Assembly (NCBI RefSeq): GCF_006345805.1
Contig: NW_021833273.1
Location: 13,397 to 77,396 of the forward strand
DNA: 64,000 nucleotides
Direction of reading: 5' to 3'
From: Octopus sinensis
Lineage: Eukaryota
Within the stretch, counting starts at the first letter, position 1. Each line of letters opens with the position of its first letter. Positions 24,721 through 37,060 of this stretch are shown piece after piece. The translations under genes were made by a program, and so were the position numbers. Below the pieces are notes generated by a model. It did no database searches, was not told the DNA's origin, and saw only the letters and a program-made list of their open reading frames with translations.

Positions 24721-25120
24721 ACCTGTGATTGTTCTAAGGAAGTTCGATGACCATTAAGAAATTTTTGTAGAGAAAAGGGTGTTATATATATGTATAAGGT
24801 AACATCGGAAGGACAGGAATACTACTATATAGGTTCTACAGAAAATTATATAAAAGGGATAGCGAACAATGAAAACACCTTCAGGGATAGGAGAAAAGGA
24901 GCAAGCACTAGTCTTAGTAAACTAATTCGGGCGATTAAGGATAAAATAGGGAATATACACTTAGGTGGGAAATAATTACCCTAGCAAAGTCCTATAGCAT
25001 TGGGAACGAAAGGTGTGAACTCTGAATGGAGAAAATTTATCAAATTCTTACATAAATAAACACAAATTATTAAACAACAAGAGGGAAAGAGGTTTTTGTT
25101 GTGTGCATAGGGTTAAATAT
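24721..25120 (+). pseudogene. PLE GIY-YIG endonuclease domain, disrupted
   Basis: CDC....*PL..FC...GVIYMYKVT.....YYYIGSTEN...STSLSKLI..IKDK...WEII..AKSY..G..RCEL..EKFI, with stops and frameshifts. Confidence 0.88.
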
Positions 25121-26108
25121 ACATTTAATAAATTAAATAAATTAAAATGAATATTACTAAGTAAAACCGTATGAATAATACAGTTATAGATAGGAATAAT
25201 TCTTAAAATCAAATATACTTTCGCTGAATTTAAATAGTTTTAGTTAAGAATTAAACACCATGTACATGATACTTAAGAATCGTGCTGCTACACTATTAAT
25301 TAGATAGATGAATAATGTAGGAATGCAAACTGTCAATTAATATATCTAAATAAATTATACTAATAATAAGGGGGGAAGGGGACTTTTTGTCTTCATAAAG
25401 TTAGAAATATATATCTATTGAATTTAAATGAATTTAATTAAAATAAACACTTCTTTGAATAATACAATAATACCTATTCTCTTAAAGATAAATATACCTT
25501 CTTTGTATTTAAATGATTTTAGGTGAAAATATACACTGTTTATATGATAAATAAAAATTATACTTCTATACCATTAATTAAATAGACAATCATAAGTAAA
25601 AACTCAAACTACTAGCTTATATAACTAAATAAATAATTATATTAATAATAATTAATATACCTTCTTACAATAAGAATAAGCAAAAAAAAAAAAGTAAAAT
25701 GTAACAAATACGTACATACCTAGATTTTTTAAAGGTAGCAAATAAGTAAATACCAAGACTTCATAACCAATAAGTAAAGACATATAAATATGTATTGTGA
25801 ACATGATAGATAGTACAATTGGTAAAGACAGGTTTATAAAACTATATAGTTAATGTGTAATCTGCTTACAGACATACCGAATAAAGATAAATGGCCAGCT
25901 TGTAAAAAGCTGTTTTGCACCACTAAAAAGGGTGAATAATAACATGACCTAGTTCTTCTGAACTATGCCTATCTCTTGTCCAGTGAGATTAAAAAATCAA
26001 CTTCTTGCTATTTTTAGAACAGAATCCAAGACTACAATACAATTGGACTAAGCTCTCCATCCGACAAGATGAGGGGAAAAAAATAAAAGTCAATATTTAC
26101 CTTCATAG

Positions 26109-26222
26109 CAGTCAGTTATTGCCCTGATGAAGGTTTTTGCTTTTTCTTATTCATTATGCAATTTAATTGTATAAATATGGATTTAAGTAATAAACCGAAA
26201 CGTGCGTAGGCAACATGAATTG
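26109..26222 (+). ncRNA. Type I hammerhead ribozyme, intact core
   Basis: TTGCC(26119-23)-CTGATGA(26124-30)-A-GGTTT...AAACC-GAAAC(26197-201)-GTGC-GTA(26206-08)-GGCAA. Predicted cleavage after 26208. Confidence 0.82.
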
Positions 26223-26682
26223 ATTATTCTGTGTATGCATCCTCCATTTTCTTTGTTTATATATGTGTGTGTGTGTGCGCGCGTATGCGACTCTCACCCA
26301 CTTTTCCTCGTTTTCCCCCTTTTCTTCCCCCTCTCTCCTATCTCTCTTCTCCCGATCTGTCTCTCTCCCGATCGTTCCTCTTTCCCTCTGCTTTCCTTTT
26401 CCCTCTCTCGTATTCCTTAATCCCTTTTCCCTCTCTCTCTTACCTCTCAGTCTCTTTTGCGTCCCTTCCTCACATCCCTTATACCTTGTTTCTCCGTCTC
26501 TCTCCTCCCTCTCATTATTTGCTCCCTCTGATTTCTTTCCCCTCTCTCCTATTCCTTAGTCCCTCAGCCTTCTTCAACTCCTCCCCTCCTCTACCACATG
26601 ATCGCTGTCCGTCTTATGCAATGTCATCCTTTTTCGGTTGACCGTCTTTGAAGTTAGTCGCATCTGTTCTGTTTCTGTCTCG

Positions 26683-26739
<57 letters not shown>

Positions 26740-26742
<3 letters not shown>

Positions 26743-27187
26743 AGATTTTCCTATTTCCTTTTTCCTTGCGCTAGCCTATTACACTGTCTGATAGTCGAAG
26801 GCCCCTGTCTGTTTTGTTTTATCTTTGTTGTATAGCCGAAAGGCTTTTGACCATTGTATATGTATAATTCTATTTCTTATGTTATGTTAGTCCGATAGTC
26901 GAAAGACCCATTCTGTTTGTTATTTCCTTGTATTTGTATGTGTACATTCGTTTGCCATACTCAAGAACTTAATGCCTTCAGCTTAAGCCCTTGGCCCAGC
27001 TAGTTTCGAGTAGTATCAGAGAGGATTGGGCGAAACTACGTGGACATTCCATACTCCGAGTGAAGAGGCAATTGGTTGCGAATGATCCGTGTATCTTGTT
27101 TTGTCCTGTTTGCTGTTGTTGTGCTATCGTCCTTTACCTGCTTGTTATGTTTTGACGATTTCCGTTTGTTGTTTTTTTTTTTACCTT

Positions 27188-27190
<3 letters not shown>
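26740..27190 (+). repeat. Unclassified T-rich element embedded in (TA)n
   Basis: (TA)n on both sides. CTGTCTGATAGTCGAAGGCCCCTGT resembles CTGTCTAAAGTCGAAAGACGCCTGT in the 53129-53530 insert. Confidence 0.5.
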
Positions 27191-27239
<49 letters not shown>

Positions 27240-27304
27240 GTGTTGGCCGAAGTCTTATGAGTGAAGAATTTTAGTCGGACGAATCAACTTTAATACTTTT
27301 TTTT

Positions 27305-27630
27305 AAACCCGGTTCTTTTTCAATCGGTGTCTTTTGCCGAGCTACTAAGTCACGGGGATATAAGCAAACCAGCATCGGTTGTCGAACGGTGGTGAGGGAC
27401 AAACACGCACATACGCATGCACACAGACGCACGCATTCGCACGCACACACATACACACATAGAAACATTATATATATGCGTGTGTTTGTATATATATATA
27501 TATATATATGAGTGTGTGTGTGTGTGTGATGAGCTTTCAGTTTCCGTCTACCAAAACCTATCACAAGGCTTTGGTCGGCGTATTGTAATAATAGAAAACA
27601 CTTGCCCAAGGAGCCATGTGGCTGGGAAGC
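27305..27630 (-). mobile_element. SINE family A, both ends eroded
   Basis: CTTTTGCCGA.CTACTAAGT.ACGGGGA...CAGTTTCCGTCTACCAAA...ACAAGGCTTTGGTCGGC...ACACTTGCCCAAGG. Confidence 0.85.
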
Positions 27631-27764
27631 ATCTCTCTGCATCTCACTTTCTCTTTGTCTCTCCCCCTCTCTCTGCATCTCACTTCCTCTTTCTCTCTCC
27701 CTCTCTCTCTTCCTCTGTCTCAATCAATACATAGCCCCCCACAGACTCATACATACATATACAC

Positions 27765-28669
27765 ACGATGATCAGCTGAAAGGTTTATAGGCTGACTTTG
27801 AAGAAGTGATGTTAGAGCTGTGAAAATTTGCTTGCATTAATTTCCTCTCCTATTAATAACAGCTGAATATCGGGGGGGGGGGGGAGTTCTGAAGATGACC
27901 CAAGCTCTAGACGTCCTGCAACTGCCACCACGAGGAAACGTTGACTGTGTTGACCACAAGCTGATGGATAACAGGTGATTGACGATAAATATAATCTGAT
28001 AGAAAGCTAGCAAAGCTATTAACATATACCGCGAGATAGTTGAGAATATTCTGCACAATAACCTTGGCAATACGAAAGTTTCCACTCGGTGGGTGCCACA
28101 TCTTTTGACACCTGATCAAAAACATACTTCATCGCTTTAAGCCAGAGAAAAAGTGACAATATATGCAGCGGAACACCCCACCCCGCTTGCTCCAAACAAA
28201 GCCAAGTTCGTTTCATATTCCGGGTATCAGTGATGGCCTCAGTCTTTTGAGCTTCAAAAGGCATTGTATTTATTGACTATCCGCAAAAGAGTCACACCGT
28301 CAAAGGAGAGTACTATGCCGGGATTTGTTTCATCAGGACAATGCTCCAGCACACAAGCCTTTGCTTTCAATGTATGTTGTGCGTGAACTGTTTGATCAGC
28401 ATCCCTATTCTCCTGATTTGGTCCCATCTGTCAATCATCTTTTCCCCATCATGAAAAACGCTTGGCTTGGAACCAGTATTACAATGATGATGACGCCATA
28501 TCTGCTGTTGACTTTTTTGACCAACAGGACGAAGGCGTCTTCACCTAAGAGAACCAAGCACTGTGAAGTGTGAACCGTAAGGGGTACTATGTTGAAAAAT
28601 AAACTTCATTTGGTCACATTCCATGAAAGGGTCTTGGTCAGCCTATGAACTTTTCAGCCGCGCCCCCTA
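27765..28669 (+). mobile_element. Mariner DNA transposon, internally deleted
   Basis: Terminal inverted repeats (TIRs) GCTGAAAGGTTTATAGGCTGAC and GTCAGCCTATGAACTTTTCAGC. Transposase remnants WVPHLLT, VMASVF, FHQDNAPAH, PYSPDLVPS. Confidence 0.88.
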
Positions 28670-28711
28670 TACGCCATTTAGTTTTGCAAATATTCAGTTT
28701 CTTTTGTTCAT

Positions 28712-28975
28712 TTCTTCTTCTTCTTCTTCTTCTTCTTCTTCTTCTTCTTCTTCTTCTTCTTCTTCTCTTCTTCTTCTTCTTCTTCTTCTTCTCTCTTCTC
28801 ATCTTCTTCTTCTTCATCTTCTTCATCTTCTTCTTCTTCTTCATCTTCTTCTTCTTCTTCTTCTTCTTCTTCTCTTCTCCTCCTCCTCCTCCTCTCCCCC
28901 CATTCTCCTTCTTCTTCTTCTTCTTCTTCTTCTTCTCTTCTTCTTCTTCTTCTTCTTCTTCTTCTTCTTCTTTCT
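28712..28975. repeat. Long (CTT)n polypyrimidine tract
   Basis: Read directly. Confidence 0.95.
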
Positions 28976-29135
28976 TCTTTTTTGTCGTTGTCGTCGTCGC
29001 CGTCGTCATCTCCTTTATCGACTTATGTCTTTAGATAAGTTTCTTTGAACTTGTATACTTGAATTCCTGCTTGGAATATTTCGTGGCTGGAATTTATTTG
29101 TTTATACATACATACATACATATATACATACATAC

Positions 29136-29177
<42 letters not shown>

Positions 29178-29214
29178 ATATATATATGTATGTAAGTGTG
29201 TGTTGTTGTGTGTG

Positions 29215-29264
<50 letters not shown>

Positions 29265-29363
29265 AGTGTGTGTGTGTGTGTGTATATAAATATATATATA
29301 TATATATATAATATATATATGTGTGTGTGTGTGTGTGTGTATATACGTACATACATACATGCA

Positions 29364-29395
<32 letters not shown>

Positions 29396-29545
29396 CATAC
29401 ATATATACATACAATACATACATACAAACATACATACATATATACACACGTTCGTACGTACGTGTGTGCGAGTGCGCGAGCATGTGTGTTATCAATGTTG
29501 TTGATGCAGTTGTTTTTGCTATTATTATTATTATTATTATTATTA

Positions 29546-29591
<46 letters not shown>

Positions 29592-29768
29592 TGTTTGTTT
29601 GCGAACTTCCTCTATCACCCTCGCCGACCACCTGAATTTCTTCTGTTTATTCACCTCTCTACCTCTTTCTTTCTCTATCGTATCTCTTTCAGGCATTTGA
29701 TATCTGTGTCTGCGTGTGTATGCAATGAATGTACACTATATATATTCATACATATATATGTATATATG

Positions 29769-29811
<43 letters not shown>

Positions 29812-29889
29812 ATTGTAACATGTATATATATATATATACATACATACATATATGTATATATATACATAATATATAACATATATATATGC

Positions 29890-29931
<42 letters not shown>

Positions 29932-30057
29932 CATACATATATATATACATATATGTACATACATACACACACAACACACGCACATATATATATACATACA
30001 CAGCAAAAGTACACATTAGTACTCTATCTCATCTTGAGATTTCATAACTATTTTTTG

Positions 30058-30088
<31 letters not shown>

Positions 30089-30103
30089 TACGCGCGCGCG
30101 AAT

Positions 30104-30162
<59 letters not shown>

Positions 30163-30432
30163 ATATACACACACACATACGTATGTATTCATATTTGTGT
30201 ATGTTGGCACACCCACATACGCACACACGCACTCACATGTTCACACATGCACACAGATACGTGCTCATTTTGCATATGTATATACGTATGTTTATCGATA
30301 TGTATGTATGTATGCATGCATGCATATGTGTGTCAGTTTGAATGCGTTTATGTGCACATTTATGTATTAATGTATGTCGCTTTATGTGTGTGGGTACGTA
30401 TGTGTGCTTGTTTGTATGTGTGTGTGTGTGTT

Positions 30433-30466
<34 letters not shown>

Positions 30467-31319
30467 TAGTAGTAGAAATACAGTGTTTCCTTTCATCTCT
30501 CTTCTACACCACTTCCTTATCTCCCTTGTCGTCCTCTACACACTTTCGTCTTCTACGACGACATACACACACCCGTGAAGCTGTCTACTAAAGTCTAGCA
30601 CTGACAGCAATCACCTACAGACATACAGGTTTTTTTTCTTTTTATTCTCATATTTTCTTGTCATCGTCGTCGTCGTCGTCGTTGTTGTTGATGTTGTTGC
30701 TTTCCAGTTGGTACAGTTTTCACAAACTGCACTTACTCCACTTAATTTTGAATAATATAGGTGGCGTTGCTGATGGAAGTGGGACGACTGCAATGGCGCA
30801 GACATTTTGAGAATCGTAGATTCCCGCCATTATGCGGCTTCCTTACCTACAAAGCTGGTGTCTTCTGGTTTCTGTTTCCTCCACCCTGTAATCTGTTGAC
30901 GAGGTGTGTAGCTTAGTGGGGAAAGTGTTGACATTGAAGAATTCACTAATATGAGTTCAAATCATATGATAAATGGTGTGTCACGTGTTTTTTCTTTAGT
31001 TTCAGGTCAGTCTTGATTAAGTAGACCAATGATCAATGGCATTCCAGTCGTGACCATTCCGTCTTTTTTTCTATTTGTAGGGAACTTAGGACCACATTAT
31101 CCACTATGTCTCTTTTTATTACGACAGACTATGTTTTGTGGAAGATTTAGCTGCTTTTTCTAGCAGGCGAATGACTACGTAGGTGTTCCCTTGATAAATA
31201 ACACTGTGTAGCATGATTTTTTTTTTACCTTGGGTTGCAACTCTTATTGCCTATTTGCTTATCCCTAGAAAGTATGAAAAATGGCTAATATTATCTTCAA
31301 ACTTTGCTTTTGTTACATT

Positions 31320-31490
31320 TATTCAAACTCCAAAGAATCCCTCTCAACAAATGGCTGTGATACTCCCCCACTACTCCTGCTCATAATCAGACATGCACAT
31401 ATTGTCAGCCAATAAGGGACATGCTCAAGTGGTTGAGGTCAAGCAACTGACAAGCAAATCTGTGATATTGAGTAGAATATTTGCTATAAG
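31320..31490 (+). repeat. Family D repeat, partial second copy
   Basis: Aligns with 8620-8790. Confidence 0.75.
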
Positions 31491-32755
31491 GGTATTTCTG
31501 CTTCTGCATTGAAATGTAATGGAAAATTGGTTAGTTTCAAAACATTGATGTCCAGGTCTGGAACTCAAAGTTTGAAGCGAATGGCTGTCATTTCCTTTGA
31601 GTTTTAGACGGAAGCAATTACGAAATAGCATTTACTAAGACAAAAACAAAAGTCAATAATGAAACATTTGTTACACATTCTAATGCTTTTTAGCTTTTAT
31701 TTAATCTCAATCCGTCTGGTACGAGTTATATGCTGGTTTATAAGAAAGGCTAACGTCTAGAATCAGAATCAATGGTGGATCCGTGTTGCGACCCAAAAAG
31801 ATGCTGTCCCTACAATAAATGGTAGAAATATTATATATAAAAAGCAACAACAACAACAACAACAAAAAACGTTCTTATTAAGGATTTTAGCATCACCGAT
31901 GTCGACTGACAATAAATGTGGTTGGTACGAGGATACAAAAACGGTGAGAGATAGAGTTTGGCTCTTCTGAAGGAGGAGAAGAAAGAAAATTCAGTGTTGT
32001 GTTACCCGGAAGTTGTAGCAGTAATGAATGAAGGAAGTGGGTCGCAAAACTGTGGGTTCTCAACAGACTGTAAGTGTTTGATGGACTGAAATGACGGACA
32101 TGCGCAAAAAATGTTAATTAGCAGTGGAGTTGGTTTTCATTGTGTGTATGTATGTGTGTATATGTTTGTGTGTATACGTGCGTTCAATGTAATATGAACT
32201 TAGGCCTACATAGTATGTGGTGGTGGTGGGAGGCAAAGTCACATTGGAGGATGAGAAAGATACAGAGGACGGAGTGGTGAAGACGTTGAATGTCTAAATG
32301 GAAGGTGAGAGGAAACGAATACTGTTAATCGAACAGAAGCGCGATCGATGGTTCGAGATTAACGTGTGAACAAAACGTGGAACATTTTTCGTGAATTGGA
32401 CAAATTTTATGTCTACTCCATATAATTCGGTCGTGTCTTTCATTGAGACTGTCACAGAAATTGATCCTGCTTCTAGTTTAAAAACAAAAGCAGAGCTTCG
32501 GACGATGAACTAGCCGATTAATTTTGTTAATAATTGAGAGATATGTTCTTTTTTTCGTTTTTGTTCTCCTCCTCAACTGTGCTTTCAATTCATAACTCCA
32601 TGTTTAACAGTAGAATTAGCAGTATGAAACCATGTTTTGATTCAGTATGGAATGTTCAGCGTGATTTTGATACAAGTTACAGCAGGTGAAGCAAGATAAG
32701 TTTTCAGCTGATAAAATCATAATCTGCATCACGACGTATAATGTGAAACTATCTT

Positions 32756-32823
32756 TAATTAACAGACCTCATAATTAGCAGATCTTCATAATTAACAGGT
32801 TTTCATGATTAATAAAGTCTTCT
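32756..32823. promoter_or_regulatory. Phased cluster of TAATTA/TGATTA motifs (candidate homeodomain-bound enhancer)
   Basis: TAATTAACAGACCTCA / TAATTAGCAGATCTTCA / TAATTAACAGGTTTTCA / TGATTAATAAAGTCTTCT, in sequence with no recognisable repeat family. Confidence 0.4.
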
Positions 32824-32960
32824 TGATAATTTGGAACCAATGAGGGGCGAAATCAGCAGACCAGCCGACAACATACCAACGCGGTGCCTCTACATGACCG
32901 ATCGATTTGTCAGGAGTGCATACATACATACATACATACATACATACATACATACATACA

Positions 32961-32994
<34 letters not shown>

Positions 32995-33505
32995 CATACA
33001 TATTTATGTACGATTTAAAACAATGATTTCTAATTTAGCAGGGTTTTAGGAAAAGAAGTTTAGTCGATACCATCGATTGCAGTACTAGAATTTATTTTAT
33101 GAACTTGGAGGTATGAAAGGCTTAGTTGATTCCGGCCAGATTTGAACGTAAAAATCCAGAACGAATACCACAAGGTGGAAAACGTAACTATGAACACACT
33201 TATAATTTGTATCAGAAACGGCTGTAAGTCTGAGATGCACAATAAAAGAAATATGTAAAGCCCATTATTTATAGCTTCCCTTGTATATCATTCTGTGAAA
33301 AGGACCAGTTTAACTGGGAAATGCAACCTGAATTTACTGATGATGGACTTCCACCTCGGATCTTGCCTTAGGATTATCTGGTGTTCAATACTGTCTGAAA
33401 ACCTTTTGTTGGCCTGATATATTTGTAATAACAGAGAAATTGAGAAGAACTTTTCTCAGATTGATAATCCATCATTAATAACTACACACACACACACACA
33501 CACAC

Positions 33506-33554
<49 letters not shown>

Positions 33555-33584
33555 CACACCACACACACACACACACACACAGAA

Positions 33585-33748
33585 GAGGAGTGGGTGTGTG
33601 GTATGTAGCTTACTTACCAACCACATGGTTCCGGGTTCAGTCCCACTGCGTGGCACCTTATGCGCGTGTCTTCTACTGTAGCCTCGGGCCGCCCAAAGCC
33701 TTGTGGGTGGATTTGGTAGACGGAAACTGAAAGAAACCCATCGTATAT

Positions 33749-33820
<72 letters not shown>

Positions 33821-33960
33821 CGTCTGTGCTTGTCCTCCCACCATCTCTTGACAACCGATGCTGGTGTGTTTATGTCCCCGTAACTTAGCGGTTCGGCAAA
33901 AAGGAACGATAGAATAAGTACTAAGCTTACAAAGAATAAGTCCTCGGGTCGATTTGCTCG
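33585..33960 (+). mobile_element. SINE family A lacking the 3' tail
   Basis: GGAGTGGGTGTGTGGT A-box region, GGGTTCAGTCCC B-box and internal (TA)n(TG)n. The copy ends at GGTCGATTTGCTCG. Confidence 0.92.
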
Positions 33961-34150
33961 TCTAGTCTGTCCACCTAGCAGCGGAATGGCATGAAGAATA
34001 AAACAATGCGAAGCATATTGTGACCAGCGATGTATAATAACATCCGATAGTGTCAATGCCGTGATATATATATATATATAAAGATATATATACAAGAAAT
34101 ATAAATATTATTAAAAATAATATTAGTATCCAGCAAGAATAAAGCACCAT

Positions 34151-34395
34151 ACGAAGTACGATCATTGCTAAAAGTGGCAGCCGGTAAGCTATCGGTGTAT
34201 ATGTAGAGCTTCACTGAATGTTTACAGACAGAGATGTTTGCGGGCAGTAAATATAGGAAATTTTCGTCTTACCTCTACGGAGGCCGTTTGAAGAATGAAG
34301 GTTAATTTAATCCTACAGTATTGAATTATCCTTCATTCCTCTACATAGCACCGATAGCTTACCGGGTGCTATTTCTAGCAATGATCGTACTTCGT
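34151..34395. repeat. Fold-back/MITE-like element: ~57-bp TIRs plus an internal 19-bp hairpin
   Basis: 34151-34208 pairs with 34339-34395. GAATGAAGGTTAATTTAAT (34293-311) pairs with ATTGAATTATCCTTCATTC (34320-338). Confidence 0.85.
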
Positions 34396-34428
34396 GTACA
34401 TCCACTTTGTATGTATATAATATATATA

Positions 34429-35707
34429 TCAGGTCATTAAGAATAAGATGTCTGATCTTGAACTGAAAGTTTATTTTACTTTATCTCAACAAAAAGCAAT
34501 GCAGTTAATCAAAGTGTGAACCTAAATTATCAACACAATCTTGCCATTTTATCAGTAACTTATTTATGCCCCCAGCGAAGAATTCTGGAGAGCAAGAGCT
34601 GATGAAATCACGAAAGGCTGTTTTTGCATCTTCTTCAGATTTGAAGTTTTTTCCTTGCAAAATGTTGTATAATGCCTGAGAAACGGGATAGTTAGTTGGT
34701 GCAAGGTCTGGTGAATACGGTGGATGACAGAGTACTTCCAAATTTAGTTCCTGTAACTTGAGTAGCATTCTTTGTGCAACATGTTGTCGCGCATTGTCTT
34801 CACAAGTGAATTGGCCTGTCTCTATTAACCAATCTCGGTCGTTTAATTGTAAGTTCCCTCATCATTTCATCCAACTGGTTGATATATACATTCGCTGTAA
34901 TTAACTTACCAGGTCTCATGAAGCTGTTGTGGATGACACCAGCGCTGGATCACCAACCAGACATCATTAGCTTTTATTTTTTCGTGAATAATCTTTTTTT
35001 GGATTGTGTTTTGGTGGTTCATGTCTATCCAACCACCGTGCAGAACGCTTGCTATTATTGACAAGAATGGATTTTTCATCACACGTAACTACACGATACA
35101 AAAATGGTTCGCTTTTATACCATAATAGCAAAGAACTGCAAGTTTCAAGATAACGTGTCATTCAATGCTCGTTCAGTTCGTGTGGTACCCGCTTGTCCAG
35201 CTTCTTTACCTTGCTAATTTGTCCCAGATGGCCCAATACAGTTGGAATCGAAAAATCAAATCTTGCTGCTAACTCACGTGATGTTTGAGATGTATCCGCT
35301 TCCACTACGGTTTCCTGCTCGTCATTATCCACCTTAGTCCCAGGTCTACCACTGGGTTGATTTTCAAGAGTAATGTCACTAGACCGGAACTTCTCAAACC
35401 ATCAACCTACCGTACACTCATTCGCCACATCTTCACCAAACACTTCATTGATGTTTCGAGTTGTCTGGGAAGCATTGGTTCCACGACGAAACTCATATTC
35501 ATAAACAACACAAATTTTTTATCTATTCATGAGTTCATAAAAATTGTTTTACAGGGGAAAACTCAACAATATAATCAGACACTATGAATTGCATTTCTAA
35601 AAGTGATGATGTAACTCTTCAAAGATTCGCCAGGATAAAACATCAGAGTAAACGATTGTCAAACTTGGTACATAAGAGAATTGGACATTTCATTCTTAAT
35701 TACCTGA
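34429..35707 (-). mobile_element. Full-length mariner (Hsmar1/SETMAR-like transposase pseudogene)
   Basis: TA|TCAGGTCATTAAGAATAAGATGTC...GACATTTCATTCTTAATTACCTGA|TA. Remnants GRP, K(R/W)VPHEL, VTCDEK, EDNARQH, HPPYSPDLAPTNY. Confidence 0.92.
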
Positions 35708-35709
35708 TA

Positions 35710-36977
35710 TTAGGTTGTCCGGAAAGTTCTGAGCGTATTTTAATATTCACAAAGGGATATCAAGAATTGATCGTTTCTATAAATTTTATTTAATGAAATA
35801 ATTTTCATTATTATTACCTTTGCCCATCTACCAGGCAATTTAGATATTCCGTCAGCATAAAATTTGACTGGTTTTGAAGAAAAAAAGTTATCTAGATGCA
35901 TTTTGACTCCATCTAAATCGTTAAATGTTTTCCCTTGGAATGAGTTCTGTAGAGACAAAAACAAGTGATAGTCGGATGGCGCAATATCAGAATATGGTGG
36001 ATGGGGTAATATATCCCAGCCAAGTTCATATAACTTTGTTCGGGTAGCCAAAGACACATGCGGTCGGGTATTGTCATATTGGAACACTACCCCTTTCCTG
36101 TTGGCTGCCTCCGGCCTCAATTCTTTGATTTTTTGGTTCAAATTAGCTAGCTGACGACAGTACACATCAAAATTAATGGTCTGGTTTTATGGGAGAAGTT
36201 CATAATAGATAATGTCTTTATGATCCCACCAAATACAAAGCATAGCCTTTCAGGCATGGATATTCGTCCTTGGTTGCTGTTTTGGAGGATCCTTACGCAA
36301 ATTCCAGGATCTTTTCCATACTATGTTTTCTTATACAATCGAATTTTCATCTCCAGTCAGAAGTTGTTTCAAAAAGGGCATGTTTTCATTCTGTTTCAAA
36401 AGCATATCACAAACGGAATACCGGCCCAAGCAGTTCTTTTCTGAGAGTTTGTGAGAAACCCATACATTATAGCGAGAAATGTATTTTAGCTTCACTAAGT
36501 GTTCATGAGCCGTACTTTTAGAAACTTCCAATTCCTCTGCAAGTTCTCTAGTCGTGATATTTGAGTTTTCTTCGATTTTTGCCTTCAAAACATCTTCATC
36601 CAATTTCGAAGGTCTTCCACTGCGACTGTCAGCTTCCAAGCTAAACTCTCCAGTTTTAAATTTTGCAAACCACCTACGAATAGTTGATTCACCATAAACT
36701 TCACAAATGCTTTTGCGAGTCTTGGCTGCATTTTCTCGGTTTTTTTAAAAAATGAAAAGCATTACAACGCGAATATAAATTTTTTGGTTATCCGTTTCAA
36801 ATGTCAATAAAGGGTAACCAGACTGAAAGATAAAATCGATTTTTATTCAGGAACAAAGAAGAGATGCTCTACTATTTCAAGCAACACCAAAGTTGTAACT
36901 GTCTTACGTTTCAAGTGTGTTCAATGAAGCGCTAAAACGTTTAGCTTAAAAACGCCCAGAGCTTCCCGGACAAGCTA

Positions 36978-36978
<1 letters not shown>
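35710..36978 (-). mobile_element. Second full-length mariner of a different family (transposase pseudogene)
   Basis: TA|TTAGGTTGTCCGGAAAGTTCTGAGCGT...ACGCCCAGAGCTTCCCGGACAAGCTAA|TA. Remnants RSGRPS, WVSHKL, LLTGDE, QYDNTRPH, HPPYSDIAPSDYHLF. Confidence 0.92.
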
Positions 36979-37013
<35 letters not shown>

Positions 37014-37026
37014 AGACACACGCATG

Positions 37027-37060
<34 letters not shown>

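Larger units (their letters stand above)
23890..26255 (+). mobile_element. 5'-truncated Penelope-like element with inverted terminal repeats (pLTRs)
   Basis: About 23890-24100 is an inverted copy of about 26075-26255. The interior encodes a PLE linker (KHFSGKNKYHKVIN...NIAQIIATQNTKRL) and GIY-YIG. Confidence 0.85.

Noticed and set aside
29023-30591. Long ORFs up to 291 aa (e.g. 29716-30591, 40881-41543, 39627-40286, 4978-5517)
   Set aside because: They are translations of (TA)n, (CA)n, (TATG)n and (ATC)n repeats (YIYI, HTHT, VCVC, poly-I/M) with no protein-like content.
31995-32075. Possible short exon (TTCAG acceptor to GTAAGT donor) with one open frame
   Set aside because: Weak polypyrimidine tract, unrecognisable peptide and no partner exons; such signals occur by chance.
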